Of a stretch of 64,000 nt of DNA, positions 18,261 to 26,546 are shown one piece after another. The position numbers were made by a program, and so were the translations under genes. A model generated the notes under the pieces. That model made no database searches and was not told the DNA's origin. It was given only the letters and a program-made list of their open reading frames with translations. Positions within the stretch are counted from its first letter, which is position 1. Every line of letters starts with the position of its first letter. This DNA is from Pseudonocardiaceae bacterium (GTDB lineage: Bacteria > Actinomycetota > Actinomycetes > Mycobacteriales > Pseudonocardiaceae), in contig JBOHGH010000008.1 of assembly GCA_050699975.1 (NCBI GenBank), positions 976 through 64,975 on the forward strand, given 5' to 3'.

Positions 18261-18536
18261 TTATCCTCCCAAAGCTTGTCGAGCGGCCCGAGCGCCCCGG
18301 AGGATGCTCTGGATCGTGTCGTTCGTGCGGCGCAGCTCCGCGAGCGGCTGGGTGGTCGACTGTGTCGCCTCGAGCTCACGAGTCGCTGCACGCACCTGCG
18401 AGTTGATTCGGGCTGCAAGCACCAAGAGCACGGTTACCACGACCACCACGACGACCACGACCACCAACCCGATGATCAGACCCGCCCACCAGCCACCGAG
18501 GCTCGGCTCCCCAAACTGATTCAACGCTACCCCCAA
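18261..18536 (-). CDS. Small single-pass membrane protein (array member 1), contains a Val run
   Basis: 91 aa with TM WWAGLIIGLVVVVVVVVVVTVLLVLA, then a helical tail. The start is uncertain: TTG 18536, or an in-frame TTG 12 nt downstream. Confidence 0.55.
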   Translation of the reverse strand: MGVALNQFGEPSLGGWWAGLIIGLVVVVVVVVVVTVLLVLAARINSQVRAATRELEATQSTTQPLAELRRTNDTIQSILRGARAARQALGG

Positions 18537-18611
18537 CCCTGCAAGGAATGTTCTGGCGCTTGATCAGGCGCGGAACATCGCCGTTTCACTATTGGGTTCG
18601 TAATCGAAAGT

Positions 18612-19140
18612 TTACACTCCATGACGAGCTGAGGGAAGTGGCAGTATGAGAAGTGCGGCACCGCGCGCCATCCGGAGTCTCAGACATCGACAGGGTTGTG
18701 GCGACCTTGAAAGTTGATCATGGTGTGGTGATGGGGCGGGGGTGTGGGGTGGGTTGGTGTCGAGTTGGTCGGTGAGCCGGGTGAGTGCCCGGGTGATCTT
18801 GGGGTTGGCAGGTCGGTCGAGGCGCACGGTGATGCTGTGGGGTGTAGGTGATGGTGCTACCTCGATGTAGCAGGTTGGCGGTGGTGGCCTGGTACTCGTT
18901 GGGTCTTGTAGGTAGGCGTTGGGTCGCTTGAGCGAGCCAGTGTTCGGCGTTGGCGGCGAGCAGGCGTAGCACCATGTGCAGGACGCGGCGTTGCGCGGCG
19001 CAGGGCGGTCTTGCCGTCTGGATTCTTCTCCAGTGCCGGATATTGGTTTGGGTGCTGGTCAGGGCCCGGTTGGTGGCGTAGTCGGCGAGTGTGTCGATGC
19101 CGTGGACGTCGACGGCGCAAAAAGACTCCCACAAACTCAC
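18612..19140 (-). mobile_element. DDE-type transposase C-terminal remnant (frameshifted)
   Basis: Two overlapping ORFs in different frames: ...LRLLAANAEHWLAQ...LLHRGSTITYTPQH, continuing as ITVRLDRPANPKITRALTRLTDQLD. This resembles the conserved C-terminal end of an actinobacterial transposase family that I cannot name. No N-terminal or catalytic part is present. Confidence 0.45.
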
Positions 19141-19399
19141 GGGCGCGGACGTACGTCACCTCATCGCGGTCTGTCGACAGAAGTGCCCTGTGTTGCACGG
19201 CCCACCACGACAAAAACCGGTGAAGAAGCAAAGCGGCACTGTTTCGCAGTTCGCTGCTGCGGCCGCACGCTTCCCGATGGCAGGTTCAGTACAGTCACGC
19301 GATATTGTGCAATAAGCTCAGTAACGCTGAACGCGAGGAACTCATCACCCGCAAACCTCGCCAAAACTTGCCCAAATCCCTACTCCGCGCTATAACTTC

Positions 19400-19900
19400 G
19401 GCAAGGACACTCCGGGTCAGCGATGTCAAGAGAATGCTCACCGGCGGCGAAGGGAAATCGCTTCTTACCCAGTGTATGCACTCGCGGGGACACTTGGCCT
19501 TCGCCGTGGCGAGCTGCTCGGGCTCAGGTGAAGCGATGCCGATTTCGCGAAGAACTCGCTGCACGTTGTACGGACGGCGCGGCGGGTGTTCTGGTCGATT
19601 GATCATCGATGAGACCGAGACGGATACCTCAGCCGCCGTGATCCCCTTACCGAAGATCACTCGCGCGCTGCTGCGCGAAACCAAGGGTACCAGGCGAAGG
19701 CGCGGGATTACGCCGGCGAGTTATAGGCCGACCACGATGTGGTCTTCACAACAAGCATCGGCACACCCCATCGAACCCCGAATCCTCAATCCCCACCGGG
19801 AAGGCGTCCGGGTACAGGCTGGGCGCCGATTCGAGGCGACGGACGGTGCTGAGGACGCTCCCGTACGGTCGAGGGGCGCCCGAGGGGGCGCTCAGCAGAA
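19400..19900 (+). pseudogene. Tyrosine recombinase (phage-type integrase) remnant, multiply frameshifted and 3'-truncated
   Basis: Fragments in shifting frames: ...TSAAVIPLPKITRALLRE..., YQAKARDYAGE, DHDVVFTTSIGTP(I)EPRILNPH. The last resembles the LVFTTxxGTPIEPRNLxR block that precedes the catalytic Arg-His-Arg-Tyr region, which is missing. Local GC is lower. Confidence 0.5.
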
Positions 19901-19926
19901 CGAGCTGTCGGGTTGATCGTGGCACA

Positions 19927-22900
19927 TCACGGGCAGGGCGGGCGATAGGGCAGGTCTGGGGAGACGTACTGCGCCCACTTCGCGGGGGTGAGGGTATTCG
20001 TGGTGGCGGCGCAGACCCGCTGGATCGCTCGGTCGACGTTCATTCCCCATAACCGAACAGTATGATCGGCGCTGCTACTAGCCAGGGTGTGCCCATCAAG
20101 GTTGAACGCCACTGCAAAGACGAAGTTGGTGTGGCCGGTCAGGGGTTGGCCCAGTGGGGTGGGGTGGGCCGGGCCGGCCATGTTCCACAACCGCACCGTG
20201 TGGTCGCTGCTGCCGCTGGCTAGGGTGCGCCCATCCGGGCTGAAGGCCACCGCGTTGACCGAGTTGGTGTGGCCGGTCAGGGGTTGACCCAACGGAGTGG
20301 GATGAGCCGAGTCGGCCACGTTCCACAACCGCACGGTCCCGTCGACGCTGCCGCTGGCCAGGGTGTGCCCATCCGGGCTGAACGCTACCGCGCGGACGTA
20401 ATTGGTGTGGCCGGTCAGGGGTTGGCCCAGCGGGGTGGGATGGGCCGGTTCGGCCACATTCCACAACCGTACCGTGTGGTCGCTGCTGCCGCTGGCCAGG
20501 GTGTGCCCATCCGGGCTGAACGCCACCGCGTTGACCGAGTTGGTGTGGCCGGTCAGGGGTTGACCCAGCGGAGTGGGATGAGCCGGGTCGGCCACATTCC
20601 ACAACCGCACGGTCCGGTCGTAGCTGGCGGTGGCCAGGGTGCGCCCATCAGGACTGAACGCCACCGCGATGACCGATCGGGTGTGCCCGGTCAGGGGTTG
20701 GCCCAGCGGGGTGGGATGAGCCGGGTCGGCCACATTCCACAACCGCACCGTGTGGTCGCTGCTGCCGCTGGCTAGGGTGCGCCCATCCGGGCTGAACGCC
20801 ACCGCGTTGACCGAGTTGGTGTGGCCGGTCAGGGGTTGACCCAGCGGAGTGGGATGAGCCGGGTCGGCCACATTCCACAACCGCACCGTGTGGTCGCTGC
20901 TGCCGCTGGCTAGGGTGCGCCCATCCGGGCTGAAAACCACCGCGATGACCGATTGGGTGTGGCCGGTCATGAGCGCAGAGGGGATGTCCCACAGCCGCGC
21001 TGTGTGGTCGCCGATGCCGGTGGCCAGGGTGCGCCCATCTGGGCTGAAGGCCACCGCGTAGACGGTGTTGGTGTGCCCGGTCAGGGGTTGACCCAACGGA
21101 GTGGGATGAGCCGGATCGGCCACGTACCACAACCGCACGGTCTGGTCGCGACTGCCGGTGGCCAGGATGTGTCCATCTGGGCTGAAGGCCACCGCGATGA
21201 CGGTGTTGGTGTGCCCGGTCAGGGGTTGACCCAACGGAGTGGGATGAGCCGAGTCAGCCACGTTCCACAACCGCACGGTCCGGTCGCCACTGCCGCTGGC
21301 CAGGGTGCGCCCATCCGGGCTGAAAACCACCGAGTGGATGTTGTTGGTGTGGCCGGTCAGGGAGGGGCCTAGCAGAGTGGGATGGGCCGAGTCAGCCACG
21401 TTCCACAACCGCACGGTCCGGTCGCCACTGCCGCTGGCCAGGGTGCGCCCATCCGGGCTGAACGCCACCGCGCGAACGGTGTTGGTGTGGCCGGTCAGGG
21501 GTTGACCCAGCGGAGTGGGATGGGCCGGGTCGGCCACATTCCACAACCGCACGGTCCGGTCGCTGCTGCCCGTGGCCAGGGTGCGCCCATCCGGGCTGAA
21601 CGCCACCGCGATGACCGATCGGGTGTGGCCGGTCAGGGGTTGACCCAGCGGAGTGGGGTGGGCCGGGTCGGCCACATTCCACAACCGCACGGTCCGGTCG
21701 TAGCTGGCGGTGGCCAGGGTGCGCCCATCCGGGCTGAACGCCACCGCGTTGACCGAGTTGGTGTGGCCGGTCAGGGGTTGACCCAGCGGGGTGGGGTGGG
21801 CCGGGTCGGTCACATTCCACAACCGCACGGTCCGGTCGTAGCTGGCGGTGGCCAGGGTGCGCCCATCAGGACTGAACGCCACCGCTCTGACGACGTCCTC
21901 GTGGCCGTCTACTGGGGTGGATAAGGCGGTGTTCCCTGCGGTGATCAGGGTTGTGAAGAGGTCCGGGGTCGATCGCATGCGGTAGGCGGTGAGGTCGAGT
22001 TGAGCCGCGAGCGAGATATCAGTGCTGCGCAGCCGGTCCGCTTGGGCGGTGATCTGGTTGAAGATTGCGGTGTCGCGTTGTGTCTGCGCGGTGCTGCGTT
22101 GTTGGAAGGCGAATATCGACGCCGTGGTGACGAGCAGCAGCAGGGTCGACAGCACGGCGATGATGCGGGTGCGGCGACGCCGTTCACGCTCCTTGGCGGC
22201 GTGGACGCTCCGGGCGGTGGCGTCGAGGAACGCTCGGGCCTCGTCATCGAGTTCGACGATGGGAGCCGCAGCAGGGTTGCGGCTGCCGCCGTCACCGGCC
22301 ATCCCCAACGTGCCGAGGGCGGCGGTGAGTCGCTTGTCGTCCCAGAGGTAGTGCTCAGGCCGGTCCGCGTTGTTCCACTCAGCGGCCGCTTGCTCGACTC
22401 CCCGGGCGGCGCGCAGGGCGGCGGTGATGTCGGCGGTGGCGGTGTCCAGTGGGCGCCACACGGTGAGCAGGGCCTCGTGGGCCACGGTGAGCCACACCTG
22501 GCCGGCGTCGTCGGTGTCGCTGAGGAGTAGGCGGCGCTCGACGAAGACCTGCAACGCGACACGCAGCGGCTCAGCCAAGCCAATGAGCCTGATCCGTCGC
22601 CGGCCGCGGCGGCCGGTCTCATCGACGGTGACCAGGCGGGTCAGTCCAGCCAGTATGTCGCGGTCGGTCAGGCCGCTGGTCCGGACCGCCTCGGTGAGTG
22701 CCGCATCGGCATGCCGGGCCAATCCACCTTGGACGCGGCCGAGGTCGCGGTAGCGCGACAGGCTCAACGTGCCTCCGGCGGGCAGGCCCTCTGCCAGCTG
22801 GCGCAAGGTGAACGCGAGCAGCGACAGGGCTTCGCCGCTGTCGGTGTCGGCCACCAGCGAAGCGGCCAGTCCGTCGTCGAGGCGCAGCCGGGCCACCTTG

Positions 22901-23967
22901 GCGGGCTGTTCGATGACGTCGCGCAGCATCTCCCGGTCCAGCGGAGCCAACACGTACGCCTCGATCGGCATGCTGGCCAGCGCGGGAAGCGTGCGGAGGT
23001 CATCAAGGAACTCTGACCGCATCACCGCAACCACCTGCACCGGGCCAGCGACCGCGTCGCGCAGCAGCTGCGTGAATCGCTGCAAGGCGGCCGGGGTCGT
23101 CCGGGTGAACAACTCCTCGACCTGGTCGATCGTCACCAGCAGTCGCCGCTGCTGAGTGCCCTGGCGGGCGGCCAGTAGATCGTCGGCCACCCGCCGCAGG
23201 CCATCGGTGCCGGCTTCGAGCCGGCGGCGGACGTCGCTGGCCGACCAGCCCAACTCCAGACCGGTGGCGGTGGCCGCCAGCGTCCGGGCCAACTCAGGTA
23301 GCGGATCGGTTCCCGGCACCAGCGTCGGCACCGTCAGCCATGCCGGATCAGTGTCAAGCAGCGGCACCACCGCAGCGTTCAACAGCGAGGATTTCCCGCA
23401 GCCGGACGGCCCGACGATGGCCAGCATGCCGCCGGTGCCGTCCATGGTGCGCAGCCGATTGCCCACCTCCCGGGCCTCCGCCGCGCGACCGAAAAACACC
23501 CGGCTCAGCGCCGCGGTGAACGGCTCCAACCCCGGGAACGGATTGTCGCCCTCCCGCCAGGCGCCGCCACCGTCATCCAGAAGCAGCACTGACTGGAGCA
23601 CTCGGTTGCGGGCTTGCTGGGAGTCCGCGTGATAGTCCACATACTGCAGGCCCTGCATCAACGGATGCACCACACCGGCCTCAGCTCGCAGCGGTATGAG
23701 CCGGCACCCCCGCGCATCCGCAATTCCCAACTCAGCAAAGCACCATTCCGACGCCACAAAGGACGTCGTCACCACCCCGATCACCGCGTCGACCTGGCGC
23801 AGCTCGCGGTACAGACGCTGCTTCCAGTCCTCGCCGGGGCCGATTCCGTCGCGAAGATCGTGGTCGAGGAACGGCTCGTGGCCAGCTGCCCGCAGCCAAC
23901 CCGACACCTCGTCGGCAATCGCCCGGTCCGGGGTGGCATAACTGATGAAGATGTGAGCCACGATCAC
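19927..23967 (-). CDS. TIR domain - STAND P-loop NTPase - single TM helix - 14x WD40 repeat protein
   Basis: 1346 aa. TIR: IFISYATPD...SEWCFAELG (the WCxxE glutamate is E79). Walker A is GPSGCGKSS; Walker B-like is LLVTIDQVEELF. TM is RRRRTRIIAVLSTLLLLVTTASIFAF (aa 601-621). Then 14 WD40 units (FSPDG...D.TVRLW). Confidence 0.9.
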   Translation of the reverse strand: MIVAHIFISYATPDRAIADEVSGWLRAAGHEPFLDHDLRDGIGPGEDWKQRLYRELRQVDAVIGVVTTSFVASEWCFAELGIADARGCRLIPLRAEAGVVHPLMQGLQYVDYHADSQQARNRVLQSVLLLDDGGGAWREGDNPFPGLEPFTAALSRVFFGRAAEAREVGNRLRTMDGTGGMLAIVGPSGCGKSSLLNAAVVPLLDTDPAWLTVPTLVPGTDPLPELARTLAATATGLELGWSASDVRRRLEAGTDGLRRVADDLLAARQGTQQRRLLVTIDQVEELFTRTTPAALQRFTQLLRDAVAGPVQVVAVMRSEFLDDLRTLPALASMPIEAYVLAPLDREMLRDVIEQPAKVARLRLDDGLAASLVADTDSGEALSLLAFTLRQLAEGLPAGGTLSLSRYRDLGRVQGGLARHADAALTEAVRTSGLTDRDILAGLTRLVTVDETGRRGRRRIRLIGLAEPLRVALQVFVERRLLLSDTDDAGQVWLTVAHEALLTVWRPLDTATADITAALRAARGVEQAAAEWNNADRPEHYLWDDKRLTAALGTLGMAGDGGSRNPAAAPIVELDDEARAFLDATARSVHAAKERERRRRTRIIAVLSTLLLLVTTASIFAFQQRSTAQTQRDTAIFNQITAQADRLRSTDISLAAQLDLTAYRMRSTPDLFTTLITAGNTALSTPVDGHEDVVRAVAFSPDGRTLATASYDRTVRLWNVTDPAHPTPLGQPLTGHTNSVNAVAFSPDGRTLATASYDRTVRLWNVADPAHPTPLGQPLTGHTRSVIAVAFSPDGRTLATGSSDRTVRLWNVADPAHPTPLGQPLTGHTNTVRAVAFSPDGRTLASGSGDRTVRLWNVADSAHPTLLGPSLTGHTNNIHSVVFSPDGRTLASGSGDRTVRLWNVADSAHPTPLGQPLTGHTNTVIAVAFSPDGHILATGSRDQTVRLWYVADPAHPTPLGQPLTGHTNTVYAVAFSPDGRTLATGIGDHTARLWDIPSALMTGHTQSVIAVVFSPDGRTLASGSSDHTVRLWNVADPAHPTPLGQPLTGHTNSVNAVAFSPDGRTLASGSSDHTVRLWNVADPAHPTPLGQPLTGHTRSVIAVAFSPDGRTLATASYDRTVRLWNVADPAHPTPLGQPLTGHTNSVNAVAFSPDGHTLASGSSDHTVRLWNVAEPAHPTPLGQPLTGHTNYVRAVAFSPDGHTLASGSVDGTVRLWNVADSAHPTPLGQPLTGHTNSVNAVAFSPDGRTLASGSSDHTVRLWNMAGPAHPTPLGQPLTGHTNFVFAVAFNLDGHTLASSSADHTVRLWGMNVDRAIQRVCAATTNTLTPAKWAQYVSPDLPYRPPCP
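20037..21906 (-). repeat. Tandem 138-bp (46-codon) near-identical WD40 coding repeats: 13 full units plus one short unit (unit 7, 38 codons)
   Basis: The unit V.AVAFSPDGRTLA..S.D.TVRLWNVADPAHPTPLGQPLTGHT.. recurs with long identical nucleotide runs. The same periodic peptides appear in several shadow ORFs on both strands. Confidence 0.9.
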
Positions 23968-24475
23968 CCCCAGCCCAATGTCTCGTAGACAGTGGACGAT
24001 ACGTCCACGCTCTCAGACAACCCCAGATCGGGCAGGCCCGCGCCCGGAGAGAATCTACAGAGAGCCAGGCTGCCGGATACGAGCGTGCGGCGCGTACCCC
24101 AGCGACCTGCCCCCTGTGTACCACCGGGGACGAGCCCTGCCCATGAATACATTTCTGCAGGGTCGGGACACGCCGGCCAGCGGCAACCCGCTGGGGCAGT
24201 ATGGGCAGGTCACCCGCCTTGGTGCGGCCACCCGAAGCCGTCGCCGACCACGACAAATGCAACCACCTCCGGCATGAGCCGTTCGCAGATTGTCGCTGCC
24301 AGCATCCCGATCGGGGCGCTGCGCTGCTCAGCAAGCAGATGGCTGCGCGAGTCCGGTTGGGGCCGCGCCCACGGCACCGGGTGTTGCCGATGGATCCATC
24401 AATGCCGCGACTGGCGGTGACCGCCACCGGTGCCGGTGAACAGGTCAAGCAGTTCGCCGTGGATCTGGTGCCACA

Positions 24476-24961
24476 TCATGTCCTGCCAGGCAAGGCGGCC
24501 TCACGGCATGATCCCCCGGGGCCGCGGGTCGTCATACCGGTGGCGAGCCGGGCAGCCCGGACCCCGGCCCGGCCCGGCCCGGGGACGGGGGCCGGATCGT
24601 CATCGGGCGTAGCTCGGCGCGGGGAACGTGCAGGCTCGCTGGCGCCGGGTAGTGAGTGGAAGGCGCGTCGGGATGCGCAGGGTGGGACCAGGCATAACAA
24701 GGTCCGCAGCGCCTGCTGCGGAGGGCCCTCGTAGATCCAGACCACAGTCTCGGGAGCGAAGATGTCCAGCTTGTCCCGTGCTGGAACCCTGGCCGTGGTG
24801 ATCCGATCGAAGTCGCGGATGGTGACCAGATCAACGTAACGCTCCCACTCATAGCACGCGACCAGTGCGTTCGGCGCTGTCTTGGGTCCGCAGCAGTACA
24901 CGACGAACCCGTCGGCGACCACGTCGACCAGTAGTCCTTCCACCACGGGGGGCAGGCTCAT
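24476..24961 (-). CDS. Hypothetical protein, possibly frameshifted near its 3' end
   Basis: MSLPPVVEGLLVDVVADGFVVYCCGPKTAPNALVACYEWERYVDLVTIRDFDRITTARVPARDKLDIFAPETVVWIYEGPPQQALRTLL looks protein-like. After about aa 95 a second frame (HPAHPDAPSTHYPAPASLHVPRAELRPMTIRPP) looks more plausible than the annotated one. Confidence 0.35.
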   Translation of the reverse strand: MSLPPVVEGLLVDVVADGFVVYCCGPKTAPNALVACYEWERYVDLVTIRDFDRITTARVPARDKLDIFAPETVVWIYEGPPQQALRTLLCLVPPCASRRAFHSLPGASEPARSPRRATPDDDPAPVPGPGRAGVRAARLATGMTTRGPGGSCREAALPGRT

Positions 24962-25984
24962 CTGCTTCCGCAACACGTGCCTGGTGAGGGAGCTGCGTCA
25001 TGTGCGGTTTCCTTCGCGAAATGGCTGGCCAATGGCGAGCGGCGTAGCTGGGGACGCAGATGATGGTGGGTGCCCCGGCCGACGACCTGGCCTTGTTGGT
25101 GCAGCCGGGACGGTAGCGCCCCGTGGACCTTGTCGACCGTGACCTGCTCGACCCGGCTCTTTAGGGGATGTGGGTGCCCTGGGCGTCGCGTCGGGGTCGG
25201 AGGCGGGGTTGTGGTGGTGGAGTGGGCATGGTAGGCGTCACCTCGGGGTGGCCGACCGGCCACCAGGAGCCGAGTCGGGGGTCGGGGCTCCACCGGTGGC
25301 CGGCCGGCGATCTATGGGGCGCTGCCTCCCGGTCCGGGGTCGCGCATCTCAGGGGGATCCCGCACACGCAGGCCATGCACAGCGCCACCCACCGGACCGT
25401 GGGTGATGGTGAGACCGTCAGGGGGTATCCGCCGACCGCACAGCGCCCGAGCGTCGCCGGCGGCGGCAAGGCGGATCTGGGCGGGTTGCAGCAGGTGGAG
25501 GCCGCCATCCTCGGGACAGCGCGTCCACCGCAACTGCCTCACATCCGACCTCCGCCAGCGCAGCGGGGGTCCGGCTGGTCGCCTGGCGGAAGCGGTGCGG
25601 GGCAGCTCGACCGGCGGCCAGCAGGGGTCTTGGTGGGGAAGCGAGGCTCAGGCACCCGTAGACGCGCTCGCCGCTGGGCGTGGTCCCGGTCCACAGTTTC
25701 CCCGATCTGTCGAGTGGAAGGCGGCGGCCCCGCCAGGTTTGGTGCCCAGAAGCGGGCCAACCCGCCCACTCACCACCACCCTGAGATAGAGGTTGACGGC
25801 GTGGACGTGACTCAGCCGAGCTGGAGGCGGTACTCGCGCAGTCGCGGGCGCTGGGAATCGGCCGTCACGACTGCACCTCCCCGCCCACTCCTTTCCGGTT
25901 ACCGGAGCACAGGAAACAGCACGCGAAAGGACACAGAGCGCAGCGTGGTACCGCCCGCATGACAGTGCGGGTGAGGGAGGCGGA

Positions 25985-26539
25985 CTAAGACTTTTCTGCG
26001 GGTTGACCGGCGGGGGCCAGCACCCAGGCGGGGTTGAAGGCGGCGATGACGTCGCCTCCGGTACCGGATTGGACGGCAGCAGGCTGCCCGGTGTGGCCGG
26101 CCTGGATGTCAACGAACGTCACCCCCGCTGCGGTGAGCACGTCTAGATTGCGTTGCCAGACGGGGTGCGACCACAGGCGATTGTTGACCATCGGTGCGAT
26201 GGTGATCGGGGTTTGTGAAGCGAGGGCTTCGCACAGCAGGCCCGCGGCGTAGTTGTCCATGATCCCGACGACGAGCTTGTTCACCGTGTTGAACGTGGCG
26301 GGACACACGATGACCTGAGCCGGTGGAGGAAACCGCTTAGCTTGTCCGGGCTGGCGCTGGTCGACGAGCACAGTAAACCCGGTGACCTTCTCGACTCGGT
26401 CAGCGTCTACCCAGTTCATTGCCGAAGGTGTTGCAACCACGCGCACGATCCAACCCACTTCGACCGCCTGTGCTGCGACATCGTGTGCGCGGGCAGCGAG
26501 CGGCGCGCCGCAGGCGACGAGTACGAGATGCTCGGGCAC
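25985..26539 (-). CDS. Flavoprotein, HFCD family (PPC-decarboxylase / EpiD-like fold)
   Basis: LVLVACGAPLAARAHDV...VRVVATPSAMNWV...VCPATFNTVNKLVVGIMDNYAAGLLCEAL (the PATxNT motif of Pfam Flavoprotein). GTG 26539 lies 7 nt after the upstream stop. Confidence 0.7.
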   Translation of the reverse strand: MPEHLVLVACGAPLAARAHDVAAQAVEVGWIVRVVATPSAMNWVDADRVEKVTGFTVLVDQRQPGQAKRFPPPAQVIVCPATFNTVNKLVVGIMDNYAAGLLCEALASQTPITIAPMVNNRLWSHPVWQRNLDVLTAAGVTFVDIQAGHTGQPAAVQSGTGGDVIAAFNPAWVLAPAGQPAEKS

Positions 26540-26546
26540 CGACGGC

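Noticed and set aside
18585-18615. gggttcgtaatcgaaag as a possible att-type partial copy of the tRNA-Ser T-arm marking the far island boundary.
   Set aside because: The similarity is to GGTTCGAATC only. The orientation is wrong for a direct repeat of the minus-strand tRNA, and the match is interrupted and too short to support.
20037-21906. A regular repeat array that could superficially resemble a CRISPR array or a non-coding tandem repeat.
   Set aside because: The period is 138 bp with no unique spacers. The units are in frame within a 1346-aa ORF and encode canonical WD40 blades.
24561-24590. The ggccc/ccggc simple repeat (ccccggcccggcccggcccgggg).
   Set aside because: Short GC-rich low-complexity run inside a doubtful ORF tail. 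No evident function.
25168-25962. 264-aa plus-strand ORF, and the overlapping 25403..25789 and 25648..26112 ORFs.
   Set aside because: Arg/Gly/Pro-rich low-complexity translations with no motifs. The region is better described as decayed or non-coding (see the finding for 23968-25984).
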